This document shows, piece after piece, positions 12,919-26,530 of a stretch of 64,000 nucleotides of DNA. Numbering within the stretch: the stretch's first letter is position 1; every line of letters begins with the position of its first letter. A program made the position numbers and the translations under genes. Below the pieces are notes generated by a model. It did not search any database, was not told the DNA's origin, and saw nothing but the letters and a program-made list of their open reading frames with translations. Location of the stretch: the NCBI RefSeq assembly GCF_009914755.1, contig NC_060927.1, one strand, 5' to 3'. Source of the stretch: the human T2T-CHM13v2.0 reference genome, Homo sapiens.

Positions 12919-15686
12919 TTATTTCTACAAAATGAAATAAGAAAAAAATGAAAAGAATAAAAGTATCTGAGACCTGTGGAAAAAAAAAAAAGTTGTAATA
13001 TACACATAATGATAATACCAGAAAGAGGAAGCAGAGAGGAACAGGAGTATTCGCAGTAATAGTGGTTGAGTATTATTCAAAATTAATTACAGATAACAAC
13101 CCACAGTTACATCCAGGAAGCTCAGAGAACACCAATCAGCATAAACATCAAAACATCTACATGTAACCATATTATATTCACATTGCAGAAAATGAGACAA
13201 AAGTCAAAAGAATTGAGAAATAATAATTGAGAAACAAGACAAAAATCTTTACCTATAGAAGAAGTGGATAAAAATTACACTGGACTTGTCACCAGTAATA
13301 ATGCAGGCAAGAAGAAAATGAAGTGAAATATCTACAGAGTTGAAAGAAAGAAAATCAACAAACTAGAATTCTACATATAGTAAAATTATGCTTCAAAAGT
13401 AAATAAGAAATAGAGACTCCTTCAGACTCACAAAAGTTAAGAAAATATGTTGCCAGTAGACCTGCCTTGCAAAAAGTTTTTCAAAAAAAGTAGCTCAGAG
13501 CAAAAAAAATAGTGTTGTCATAAAATAGGATCTGCATTTTAAAAAGGAAGAACAGTGGAGAAGGAATAAGTGAAGGTAGAATGATACCTTTTATGTTGTT
13601 TTTCTTAATTGATCTAATACATGACTGCTTATTTTAGGTAAAAATAGCAAGAATGCTTTGGGAGATCATACCATATAGATAAGTAGAATGAATTACAGTA
13701 ATAGTTTAAGAAATGGGAGAGGAAATTTGAGAATACTATGTTATAAAGTACATGTACTACCTATGAAGTGGTATAGTATTACTTGAAAGTGGACTTAGAT
13801 TAGTTTTAAATGTATATGTAAAAACCTAGAGCATCCACTAAAAACAATGAAAAAGTCTGCAGATGTTGCTAACATAATTTCATAAAATTTTATGAAGAGA
13901 GAAGGCAGAAAAAAGAGGAATAGTTATAAAATAGCAACAACATGAAATAAGTGTAATGGATAAAAAACAGATACAAGCATGGTAGATATTTACCTAACTA
14001 TATCAATAATCACTTTAAGTGTGAATGGACTAAAAATATCAAATGAAAGACAGAGAAAGTCAAAGTGGATTAAAAAAAGTAAAAACATAAGACCAATGAT
14101 ATGTTATCTAGAAGAAATCTAGTTTAGTATAAAGACACAGATACATTAAAAGTAAAGGGATGACAAGATAAGTCATGTTAACACTAATCAAAAGAAAACT
14201 GGAGTAGCTATATTAATTTCAGGCACTACAGGCTTCAGAGCAAGGAAAATCATCAAGGATAATGAGAGGCATTACATAATAATAGAGAAGTTTATTCTCT
14301 ATTATATGGGACTACAAAAAGAAATAGACAAATTCACTATTATTGCTGCAGAATTCAACATATATCTATCAGTAACTGAGAATTCCAACAGACAGAAAAT
14401 CATTAAGACATAGTTGAACTGAACAATACATAGAAATAAAGTGTATCTAATTAATGTTTGTAGAGTATTTCACCCAATAAGAGCAGAATACATATTCTTC
14501 TCAAGTTCACATATTCACCAAAATAGACAACATACTGCATCATAAAATACATCTTAACAAATTCAAAATGATAGAAATTATACAACTTATGATTTAGAAA
14601 GACCACAGTAAAATTAAACTAGTTGAAAAATCCAATATGTTTTTTGGTTCAACAATACACTTTAAAATAACACATGGAACAAAGAATTTGCAAGACAAAT
14701 TAAAGAGATATTGTTAGTTAAATAAAAATATAAATATACTGTATCAAAATCTGTGAGGTACAGGAAAAGAAGCACTTAGAGGCAAATTTATAGCATTGAA
14801 TACATATATTAGAAAACAAGAAATATTAAAATAAATAACCTAATCTTTCACATTAGGAAATTAGAGAAGAAGAGCAAATTTAGGACCAAAGCAAGCAGAA
14901 GAAAAGACCTACTAAAAATTAGAGTAGAAATCATTAAATTGAAAACAAGGAATCAATAGAAAAATTAATCAAATTTTTTGAAAATTTTGTTTTTTGAAAA
15001 GACCAATAAAATTAAAAAACCCTAATCCAGAGTGGGGGTGGAGAGGAAGGAAAAGGAAGAAAGGGAAAGAGAGAGAGAGAGAGACAGAACATTAATAGTC
15101 TTAAAAATGAATGGGAGATCATCACTACTGATCTAATAAACATTAAATGATTAAATTGATTAAAAAAGAAATATTATAAGCTACTATATGCCCACAAATA
15201 AAATAACTTACATTAAATAGGCCAGTTTCCTGAAAGACAAAAACTGTGATACACACAAAAAATAGATTCTCTAAAGAGGCCTATATTTATTAAATAAATT
15301 TTATCAGTAGAAAACAACCCCCAAAAGAGCACTTGGCCTAGATGGTTTCACTGGTAAATTCTATTAAATATGTCAGAAAAAAATATTGGTACCAACTCTC
15401 TCCACTTTTTTTAGAAGACAGGATCATAGGGAATACTTCCTAAATCATTCTGTGAAGGTACATTCCTCTAAAGCCAAAACTATATTAAGACCTTACAAGA
15501 AAAGAAAACTGCATACCAATATCCTTCATGAACAGAGATGCAAAAAATCTTCAAAATTTATTAGCAACTATATTCAACAGTGAATAAAAATAATTATACA
15601 CCATGACCAAGATAAATTTATTTCAGGCATGCAAAAATGGTTCAACATTTGCAAATCAATTCATGTAATTCATCACATCGACATAG

Positions 15687-16002
15687 TGAGAGGTGAAGCC
15701 AGCTGGACTTCCTGGGTCGAGTGGGGATTTGGAGAACTTTTCTGTCTAGCTAGAGGATTTTAAATGCACCAATCAGCACTCTGTGTCTAACTAAAGGATT
15801 GTAAATGCACCAATCAGCACTCTGTAAAAATGCACAAATCAGCACTTTGTGTCTAGCTAAAGGATTGTAAACACAGCAATCATCCCTCTGTAAAAACGCA
15901 CCAATCAGTGCTCTGTGTCTAGCTAAAGGACTGTAAATGCACCAATCAGCACTCTGTGTCTAGCTAAAGGCTTGTAAACGCACCAGTCAGCACTCTGTAA
16001 AA
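15687..16002 (+). mobile_element. LTR12 (ERV9) 5' U3 fragment with tandem CCAAT repeats, 3'-truncated
   Basis: TGAGAGGTGAAGCCAGCTGGACTTCCTGGGTCGAGTGGGG start; repeated GCACCAATCAGCACTCTGT units; abrupt switch to L1M 3'UTR. Confidence 0.9.
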
Positions 16003-17117
16003 GGAGTTTATGGGAGGGAGAATTAGTGGAAAAAGTGCAGGGAATTTTTAGAACAATTAAATGATTCTATATGGCTCTGCAATGTACAAACATAGCATTA
16101 CGCATTTGTCAAAACCCATAAAACTATATAACACAAAGAGTGAGCCTTAGTGTAAACCACAAGTTTTAGTTTATAATGATGTATCATTATTAACACATTA
16201 GTTTTAACAAACACACCACATTAATGCAAGATGTTAATGGTAAAGTGAATGTGGGGGTTGGCATATGGGAACTCTCTCTACTGTCTGCTCAGTTTTTCTG
16301 TAAATACAAACTGTTCTATGAAACAGATAAAGTTTTTAATAGAATTTAATTAAATGCTATTAATTTTTTAAAAAGAAGCTACTTCATAGAACTCTTGTAT
16401 TAATATATATGTGGCATTTAGAACACTACTCAATAAAAATTACCACTCAATAAAAATTAACTTCATTATATTGTTATCATGATTATTATTATTATTACAT
16501 AATAGATATATTAACAGAGCTGTGTCCTCTGAAAAACATGGTTTTTTTTTCCTTTAATGCACTTGTAAATCTAGAACTTGAAACTACAGAAAATGTCATT
16601 GCTTGCCCTAAAGAAAAATGTTTTCCTGTACAATTAAATAAAATGAGAAAATATCTTTCGTGTTTAGTTACATAAACTGACAATTTACAAAAAGTTTCAT
16701 TGTAGCAATTGCTTTGTGCTACAACTACAAAGAAATATTTATTCAAAAATTACACTGTTTTATATATTACATTTTTACATTTGTTCATGTACTAGAAAAA
16801 GTCAGCACAACCAAAACATTGCTATGTTTTAGAATAAATAACTTTGTAAAAGGTATTTTATATTAAGACACTTTTGTCTATATGTATTTGTATTCTTTAC
16901 AAATCTGGAAGATGAAAGATTATGTTTTCTTCACTTTTAATTTAAAACAGTAGGGAAACAACTGTCTGTTATTCAGAAATCATCTTTTTTATTTATTTTT
17001 CTGAATCTAAAATAGATATAGAATATCTTTATCACCAGTAGTGCTTTGGGAGACATGAAAGATACATAATTTGTTAAGTGACAACAGAACTTTCAAAATA
17101 ATCAGATGTAGCTACTT

Positions 17118-18160
17118 TTAAATGTTTCTGAAGTTGTCACTTTCCTTTTTCTGCTTTAAAATTTCAGAAAGTACTTGCTTGAAAGTGAAGAATCCATCAT
17201 TTGGACAGTCTTCACTTCTATGCCAAAAAGTTTCATTTGCAACATCAGTACAACAGTTTAATTTGAGCAACTTATAAACTAATTATTTCAAGGAGAATAT
17301 ATCAATCTGATTAATTACTTGATGGCAAGTAGACCAAATGCTTCACTGGGTCATTGAACCTTTCTTTCTTGTTCATGCCACATAAGCAGTTCTTCTTTGA
17401 CATATAAAATTATTATTTTAAAACTTTTTTACTACAATGTAAAAAGAATAACCTACTGTCTTTTTATGGTGAACAGACAGAAATATATCATTTTCTAACA
17501 TATCTAGGAAGTCTTCTTTGAATAACACCTGTAGTATATAAAAATTGTTACAAAGATGGCTTCTATTTCATACGCTGAGATCATCCAGCTGTGTCCATAG
17601 GGAGGAAGTGGCATACATGGTATGTAAATTTTTGAAATTGTTTATCTAATTTGTAATTATACTTTCTTCCTCTTATTTTATCAACTTTTTGTCTAAACCA
17701 TTTAGTTAATCCAAAAGTCATAGGACTGATTAGCAAAAATCACCAGAGGTATCCAGGCAGTAGAAGGAAATGCAGTGCAGTTTTAGACAACTCAATTATG
17801 TCCAAGCTTAAAGCATTAAAAATATTGTCTAAGCATAATTTTGGCAAATAGACTTAATCCTCTTAGAACTTTTGGAGGAGTAAAGCTTTTTTGAAAGGTC
17901 AAGAGTTATTCTTGTGGGATGGTGATCTGTGTGACTTCCCCTTTGAATAGCTGACTGGTCCTATATAAAATCCTGGAGATGTTAGTAAAGTGAACATCCA
18001 AAGATTATCTCAAAACTTAACAATCATAAAAACCTAAAGTCATTACTGTTCCTAAAGTCATTCTTGTCTGGGTAACCCCAACTCTCCTCAGTCTCCTTAG
18101 CTTTAAGTGGAAGAAGAAGAGTTACAAGGACTTTGTAGTCACTTGCAATTAGATCTGTGC
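17118..18160 (-). pseudogene. Candidate decayed coding remnant with Mab-21/cGAS-like motif order (speculative)
   Basis: Hand translation across frameshifts: acceptor-like CTTCTTCCCAG at 18160, ASDYKVLVTLLLPL, SLDII/TAFPSTAWIP, IYIPCMP..HSWMISAYEIE, CNNFYILQVL..LSVHHKKTV/LFFLHC, LMWHE, QVLSEILKQ, TAA at 17118-17120. Confidence 0.25.
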
Positions 18161-18297
18161 TGGGAAGAAGCATAGAGACTCCAGCCTGTGGAGTCTAAGA
18201 GATCTGTGCACATCTTGGGTGTGCCACTCACTGGTCGGATGTCCTTGCTGACATTTTTAGCTTTAGCGTCTTAGTAAAACATGTACAAAACGGAGAC

Positions 18298-19858
18298 TGT
18301 ATTTGAGCTCTCCAGAGAAGCAGAACCAATAGGATGTATTTTTGTAGAGAGAGAGATATTTATTTTATTTTTTTTCTGCAAGAGATATTAACCTTATTCT
18401 TTCATACCCCAACATAATTTCTACTTAGTTCCTCAATCTGCTTGTGGTGAAAACTTTTCAGTCAGTTCAGAGGGACCTCTGTCAAATCTTGCTTCAAAGA
18501 GAATAAAATACCTAGGAATCCAGCTTATGAGGGATGTGAAGGACCTCTTCAAGGAGAACTACAAACCACTGCTCAATGAAATAAAAGTGGACAAACACAA
18601 ATGGAAAAACATTCCATGCTCATGGATAGGAAGAATCAATATCATGAAAATGGCCACAGTGCCCAAGGTAATTTATAGTTTCAATGCCATCTGCATCAAG
18701 CTACCAATGACTTTCTTCACAGAATTGGAAAAAACTACTTTAAAGTTCATATGGAACCAAAAAAGAGCCTGCATTGCCAAGTCAATCCTAAGCCAAAAGA
18801 ACAAAGCTGGAGGCTTCATGTTACCTGACTTCAAACTGTACTAAAAGGCTACAGTAACCAAAACAGTGTGGTACTGTTACCAAGCCAGAGATATAGACCA
18901 ATGGAACAGAACAGAGCCCTCAGAAATAATACCACACATCAACAATCATCTGATCTTTGACAAACCTGACAAAAACAAGCAATGGCGAAAGGATTCCCTA
19001 TTTAACAAATGGTGCTGGGAAAACTGGCTAGCCATATGTAGAAAGCTGAAACTGGATCCCTTCCTTACACCTCATACAAAAATTAATTCAAGATGGATTA
19101 AAGACTTAAATGTTAGACTTAAAACCATAAAAACCCTAGAAGTAAACATAGGCAATACCATTCAGGACATAGGCATGGGCAAGGACTTCATGTCTAAAAC
19201 ACAAAAAGCAATGGCAACAGAAGCCAAAATTGACAAATGGGGTCTAATTAAACTAAAAAGCTTCTGCATAGCAAAAGAAACTACCATCAGAGTGAAGAGG
19301 CAACCTACAGAATGGGAGAAAATTTTTGCAATCTACTCATCTGACAAAGGGCTAATATCCAGAATCTACAAAGAACTGAAACAAATTTACAAGAAAAAAA
19401 CAACCACATCAACTAGTGGGCGAAGGATATGAACAGACACTTCTCAAACGAAGACATTTATGCAGCCAACAGACACATGAAAAAATGCTCATCATCACTG
19501 GCCATCACAGAGATATTTATTTTAAGAAATTGTCTCATGCAGTTGGCAATTGTTGAGGCTGGCAAGTTCAAAATTTGCAGGGCAGACCAGCAGACTGGAG
19601 ACTCAGGAAGAGTTAATGCTTCAGCTTCAGTCCAAAGACAGTCTGGAAGCGGAATTACCTCTTTTTTGTGGGAGGGGGCTTCTCAACTGATTGGATGATA
19701 TGCATTCATATAATGAAGGGTAACCTGCTTACTCAAAGTGTACTTATTTAAATGTTAATCACATCAAAACAATACCCTCACAGCAACATCTAGATTAGTT
19801 GACCAAACATTTGAGCATCACCGCCTAGCCAAGCTGACACATAAGATTAATCATCACA
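18298..19858 (-). mobile_element. MLT2 (ERVL) LTR, split by an L1PA insertion
   Basis: Reverse complement begins TGTGATGATTAATCTTATGTGTCAGCTTGGCTAGG; plus strand starts TGTATT..CTCTCCAGAGAAGCAGAACCAATAGGAT; halves join at the L1 TSD. Confidence 0.85.
18367..19508. mobile_element. L1PA insertion: minus-strand polyA plus ~115 bp non-L1 sequence plus inverted ORF2 segment (18490-19508)
   Basis: 15-bp TSD AGAGATATTTATTTT at 18352-18366 and 19509-19523; T tract 18368-18375; ORF2 peptides in ORFs 18527-18844 and 18866-19432. Confidence 0.88.
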
Positions 19859-21183
19859 GGAATGATAATATTAACAACATAAATCTCATTATATTAATGA
19901 GGATTAGATTAGATAATGATGGTTATGTTATTAATATACTGTTGGGAACATAGTAGTTTCTCAATAAATGGTAGTTACTATTATTGTTGTTGTTACCATT
20001 ATTAGGTATTTCTATACAATCCCTGAGTTTATAGCCATCATCACCTATAAGTTTCAAGGAAAATTATTAATTCATGGTGGTGTTTTGGATAAATGTTAAT
20101 TTTTTGCTTTGATAAAAGTACTATCTGTTACATGGTTTTACAAAATCTCTTGACAAACATGCCAAGAAAATACTTCTTTGTATGTGTCTAGAGCATAATA
20201 AACTTGGGAAGCCTAAAAAAAATTATGAGCAATGCTCTATAACAATGAATGCCCAATAAAATTTTAAAGGGTGAAATAGATATCTCTGTTCTTTAACTAA
20301 TGTAATATCGTATGAAAATTGTCGAGTTTTGAGTAATGAAAATTATATAAGTGAAAAGTGCTTTTGAAGATGAATGAAGTGTATTATGAAATTTCTTCAT
20401 CCCTGAGGCCACATTATTAAAATTTCAAGATACCACTGGGATAATGTGGTAAGTAGCAAGTTCCTACTACTCCCTTGCTGGGGAAAAAAGGAAATCTTTG
20501 CTGAAAAAAATCGAGGAAAAATATGATTGAAGAATACAATCATTTGATTAAGAAACATAGAACCAAATTCACTTGGCAATGCAGGACCATCACTCTAACT
20601 CAGTTCTTCATAGATTAGAAGTTGGTTAAAGCAAGAGGTAGTGAGGCCTGGAGCAATTTTCTTTCAAACTTTTGGACTACAACCTCCAGATCACTTGATA
20701 ATATCAAATCATTTCATAGATACCTTTGAAAATAATTATCCTAAAAGAAAATTTTAATTAATTATCATTCAAATATATTTATATAAGCAGAATATACACC
20801 TTATTTTTCTGACAGATCTTAGTTGGTATGCAAATGGATTCACCAGCTATATGACGTAACTCCATAAGCCACCAGGAATTTGTGGCCTATAGGCTGGCAG
20901 TCACTCCTGTAGGGGAAAGACCAGGTAACTTCACAGAAAGCAAATTGGGTAATTGTCAGCCAGGATCATCTATGATACTGAGCAAGGACCTAGATTAAGA
21001 TTGTAGAGTTTAGTTTGTACCATGCTTAGGTTTCTTCAGTAATTTTCTGGGGTGCTCCCTTAATCAAGTATAGTAAAGCCCCCTTGAAAAAAAAAGGAAG
21101 ATGGCTCTTCCCTTGGTGTAAGAGTGATTCATAATCTAAAAGGGGATGCTATTTCATAAATTAGATTATTAGCTATAAAGAAT

Positions 21184-21619
21184 TGAAACCTACCCAAAAG
21201 TCCCATAGAGTGTTCATTTTGATAAACACAGAAATGAACCTTTCTGGTCCTAAAGGTTGAAACTTATATTTGTTTCATCTGAGCTCCTTCCTCAGGAAAG
21301 AACCTTCAGGTCTCTCAAAAAACTATCAAAGAAGGGAAACTCACCAGATCACTGCACCAGATAGGACCCCTCATTCTCATGATTGCTTCCTTGCCCCTCC
21401 CTAGTTCCTGCTTTCTTACACATTGTTACATTTCTCCTCTGCTATATAAAGCCCTAGCTTTAGTCAGTGGGGGAGACAGATTTGAGACTGAGCTTCTAAT
21501 TCCTCAGCTGCAGCACCCAATTAAATCCTTCTCTCTTGGCAATACTTGGTGTCTCAGTCATTGGCATTCTGTGCGGTGAGCCCCAGGACCTATACCAAAC
21601 CCCTGGTGTTTCAGTAACA
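21184..21619 (+). mobile_element. ERV1 (MER4-group) solo LTR
   Basis: TG...CA termini (TGAAACC...GTAACA), TATAAA at ~21446, ATTAAA at ~21520, 4-bp TSD GAAT on both sides. Confidence 0.85.
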
Positions 21620-23079
21620 GAATTTTACCCTTTCTCTTTCTCTTTCTTTCTGTAATTCTGGAACTAAATGGAAGTTTTATCAGCTTTTTGGCATGTTTGT
21701 ATAGAAGAGGATACTTGTTAATTCATTTTATTCATGTAGACATTGCCCCACTGAACAGGTCCTTAAACACAGAAATACATCTATCCAAATTATTTCCATT
21801 ATTTTTTAAATTAATTATCAGAGTGATTCGTGTTTATACTAATATTTATAAATGTAGAAACAGTTTTACTGAGTTTAAAATCTTAACGTTTAGGTTTCTG
21901 CAGATGTCAATCACATGCCCCAAGCATAAATACAAATATTTTTGAGGGAATGTGTGTATAGTTCAGAATAGTTCTGTAGCCAGGAGCAAGCAGTTGGACA
22001 CATATGTGTTTAGCTACATATGTGTAGCTAACAGTGAATGCTGTTGTAAACATGAAATCACTGGAAGGAAATAAGGAAACTCCCCCACTAGGAACATTAT
22101 TCTCTCTCTGGAGAGAGAACATTTTCAACTCATTGATAATAAAAAATGACTATGGATGAGGGGCTAACCTTTCAGATTTGGAGCTTAAGCTTTTGCTTTC
22201 CTCTCTTCTCTGCCTACCTTAGGTTGCATGATTGTATACTTTAAATATACAACACCTGTAATTTAAACAGCATTTAAAAAATATGTCCTGCATTTCTATT
22301 CTGAGTTGACAACTATAGCCTTTAGGCACAAAACCATCACTTTACTTTTTATAAAAATATGTGTACATTATGTGATTTATGCATAAGGTAAAAAAAGGAA
22401 AAGAAGGAAAAGCAGGAAAAAAAATAAGCCTTGATTGTTGTTTTTCTTATCTTTTTAAAAATATTCTCAGAAAAAAATTATCAGGATAACTCACCCCAGG
22501 TTGGATTTTATGGCACTCTTTTGTGTTGGCTATTGAAAATTTCTTTTGGCATAGTTGTTGACTTCACCTCATTTTTTCCCTGCACTAAATATATAGTAGG
22601 TAATTACAATAAAAGTTTACTAGCTAAAAATCAAAGATAAGAAATTGAGTGAAGTTTATGCCACATATCATGTGATCTCAGGCAAGTTTCAAAGTCTCTA
22701 AATCTCAAGTTTTCTTATCTATAAACTCTGTCCTTGCTACCTTACATCAAGAAAATCAAATTAGAAAACACCATATTAACTACAAAGAACTGTAAAAATA
22801 TAAGCTATTCTTGGAATTCTAACTGTGGTGAAGACTAGCAGAGTACTTTGGGATGCAAAGATACAGAAAATGTGTCCATCCCCATCCAGTTTACAGCACA
22901 GTAAGAAAGGCCCATAAATTACCACAGTACCCATGGTACCAAGCTGTATGTGATGCACATCAAATGACCAGTAGAGGTGATTATGGGAGTAAAGGACTTC
23001 AGCAGAGAGAGATCACTTCTGTTTGACAAGCTTATGACAGCATTTATGGAAGATGATGATGTTAAACAACACTAAGATC

Positions 23080-23320
23080 ATCAACCAATATTTGAGTGCT
23101 ACGATGCGTGGGGTATGCTACTAAGAGATTTATATTGATTGTCTAATTTAATTATAAAACATTTAATTATTCTAGGACTACTTTTATTTCCACTTTACAA
23201 ATAGGAAACAGATTCTGAAAGGAGAAGCAACTTACCAAGGTCACATAATTAGTAAATAGTTGAGTTAGGATTGGAAACCAGGTGTGTTTGTCTTCAGGAA
23301 TCATGGTTCTTGTCACTGTG
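23080..23320 (-). mobile_element. MIR SINE remnant
   Basis: CCACTTTACAAATAGGAAACAGA...CCAAGGTCACA...GGATTGGAAACCAGG MIR core. Confidence 0.7.
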
Positions 23321-23369
23321 ATATGAGAGTATTAAACTGGAACTAGTTCTTAGAGCACAGAAAGAAAGT

Positions 23370-23866
23370 GGTATAGATTTTATTAGTGGTCCTCATTCCA
23401 ATTTTCCTCTCTCCCATGTATACAACCCATGACCTTTGCTATATTTCTTTGTAGTTTCTGCCACATTAAAGGCAAGATATGTATCCCCAGCTTCTGACTG
23501 ATTTCAACTGTGTGACTTGGTTGGAACAACAGTATGAGGGGAACTTTGTATCCCATCTGAGCCTAGGCTTCCAGGGTTTTTGCATGTATTTGTTCTCTTG
23601 CGCTTCTGCCGTTGCTATAGGGAGAACATGCCTGGGCTGTTCCACTGGTCCAGAGAAGAATTAGAAACATGTGGAGCAGAGCTGTCCCACAACCAAGACA
23701 AGGCTCAAGCAGAACCCTCAGCCAACCCACACGCTGCTCAAAACAGATGCATGAGTGTGTTTTGCTATTAGTTGATCCACACATCCATAAGCTGTAATAA
23801 TACCTGATTTTAAAAAGTCACTGAATTGTGGGGCAGTTTGTTAGACAGCAATAGCTAACTGATGCA
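23370..23866 (+). mobile_element. MLT1 (MaLR) LTR
   Basis: Ends GGGGCAGTTTGTTAGACAGCAATAGCTAACTGATGCA, the typical MLT1 3' end. Confidence 0.75.
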
Positions 23867-24299
23867 GATAATATTTTTTCATATGTAATTTTTTTATATT
23901 ATAAAAATATCAATTCATTGTTTAATTGGAAAGAGCAAAAAAAAGAGTAAAAAGAAGAGAAAAAAAATAATCACCAAATCCTACCACCCAGAAGTAAACA
24001 TTATGATATAAAAAATTTTAATGCTATGTACCATTTACTATGTACCAGGCATTCTTTTAAAAACTTTGCATGTACTGGGCTCCATGGTTGAGAGATATTG
24101 CCGACTGTGTGTATAGAATAGACATGAAAGCAGTTCTGTACAGTATGCTTTCCGGATCCTCTTTGGAGCTGTGTTTTGAGCAGCATGTATGTCGCCTGCT
24201 GATTTGATCTGAGAGAAGTATTGCACAGGGGAATAAAAGAGGTTTTTTAAAATACTTGGCATTTTTCGACTAAAAACATTTGGTCCTTAAAAAACATCG

Positions 24300-24480
24300 T
24301 AGTTATTATAATAGACACAGCCCTCTGCAATAGGCACCATTATTAGGCACATTTTAAACATGGGAAAACTGGGCCATAGAAAGTTTAAGTAACACAGCTA
24401 ATGGGGATTAAAACTTGAAATTGAATCCAGAAAGAATGGCTCCAACAATAATGTCTTTAAACACTCTGTTCTACAGTCTC
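24300..24480 (-). mobile_element. MIR SINE remnant
   Basis: ATTTTAAACATGGGAAAACTGGGCCATAGAAAGTTTAAGTAAC core. Confidence 0.6.
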
Positions 24481-24743
24481 TCTGGCCATAATTCTCTCTA
24501 GTCCGTACTGCTGCACTTTGACTTCTGCTCATCACGGCATCATATAAAATGTAGGTGGATGAAGGGGCAGCTACGGTCAGGAAAGACGATAGAGTGAGCA
24601 ATGGACTGAAGTAGGACCATGGATGGAGAATCACTCCAGGTCTTCAAAGAACAGAAGGCTTGCTGGTTTCACAGGAGTCAAGGCTGATGAATATTATCAG
24701 TTACCCTTGGAAAATATCTCACCATTAAAAATAAACATTTTTG

Positions 24744-24870
24744 AGGATGGTTCAGCAGTGCACACCTGTAGTCCCAGCTCCTTGGGAGGCTGAGGCTGGA
24801 TTATCACGTGAGCCTAAAAGTTCAAGTCCAGCCTAGGCAACATAGTGAGATCTCTGCGTCTAAAAAAAAA
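24744..24870 (+). mobile_element. Free left Alu monomer (FLAM)
   Basis: Single Alu arm CCTGTAGTCCCAGCT..GGGAGGCTGAGG..CCAGCCTAGGCAACATAGTGAGA with A tail. Confidence 0.85.
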
Positions 24871-25978
24871 TTTTTTTTTAATGAATATTCTTTTGTGGTT
24901 TGTCATTTCACTTTTGCTCAGTTTTAGCCCAGAGGCATTTGAAAGTGAAGCTTAAAAAAAAGTCTCCAGTTACCAAGGCAAACACAGCTTGAAATGAGAA
25001 CCACAGAACTGGAGACATTTGTACATTCAAGTGTTTATTCATTTCTGCACACACCCTGCTTCAAGATTTGTTTATGTCAGCTGAGTGCTGTTCAGGAACA
25101 GCCTATTGTACAGGTGGCAATATTATATACTGGGACAGCATCTCATCCCTTGACACTCCCGTGAGAATGAATTCTATGGATATCCCATTCTTTATGACAT
25201 TGCTATGAGCAAGAAAAAGGCAAGCAGCGAGGATCCAGCTTATTTGAATGATCAGCATTTGTAGTGTAGGAGAATAATTCACTGCCACTCACAGGTGTCT
25301 CTAATGGCTGCATTCTCCTTGCCTCCTCTGTGCTGTGGACTACAATTTTATGCTTTTGTACAGAAAGGAGCTGCATCTTTATGCTTAAAAGCCAAGATTC
25401 CAAGACTCTTTTTAGCTAGACAAGGACTATCATGGCCATCCTAATATAACATAGCTTTTCATTGGCCCTCCTGGGTCTCATACAGACTAGCACTATGCCT
25501 TCAAACATTAAAATTAAGATAAAAAACTTACCTTCTGCAAAGGTGCCAGAGGGAGAAGAGGCAGCTGTCAGTGTCCAGATTTGGCTCTAACTGTTAGCTC
25601 TCAGCTAATCACTTTTGGCAGCCTGTCTTCAAAGCCAAGGTAAGACCTGCATATGAACACTAACATTGGCCTTGCAAGTAATACCACAGTCTCTAAACGT
25701 AGCCAATTGTCTCCCACCAAATACCTTCAGGCAGTCAAATTAAATTAGCTATTATGGCTATTCTGGAGTTTCTCATCTGTGAGCCTCAAAGTTCCATTTT
25801 CTAATGTAGTCCATCTGCCACATATGACCACTCAGAAAAAAGCTCTCTGTAGTATTCAACAATGTGAATTCTAGAATATGAAATACCTACTGTGGGGGCG
25901 GGGGGGGCAATTTTCCAGTTCTTTGTAAAATGCTCATATTCAGATGAGAAGTCAGCCATGTACCAGCCTAATTATATA

Positions 25979-26016
25979 TACTATAGTAATTGCTATGTAC
26001 TATAGTAATTGCTATG
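25979..26016. repeat. Perfect 19-bp tandem duplication TACTATAGTAATTGCTATG x2
   Basis: Read directly. Confidence 0.9.
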
Positions 26017-26188
26017 ATGGAACCATGGAGTTGGAAGCCCACAGTATTACGGCCTTGCAGTTCTAAGAGCGGGCCCCAGACCTACAGTATTGCGTCATCA
26101 ATAAAACATTAAAAATGCTATGGGGCAGGGCTTCTCCATTGCTGCTCATGTTGGAATCACCTGGAAGCTTTTAGGAATCAAGATGTCC

Positions 26189-26530
<342 letters not shown>

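Noticed and set aside
18527-19698. Three consecutive ORFs of 89-188 aa
   Set aside because: Broken L1 ORF2 fragments; the last runs into the MLT2 LTR.
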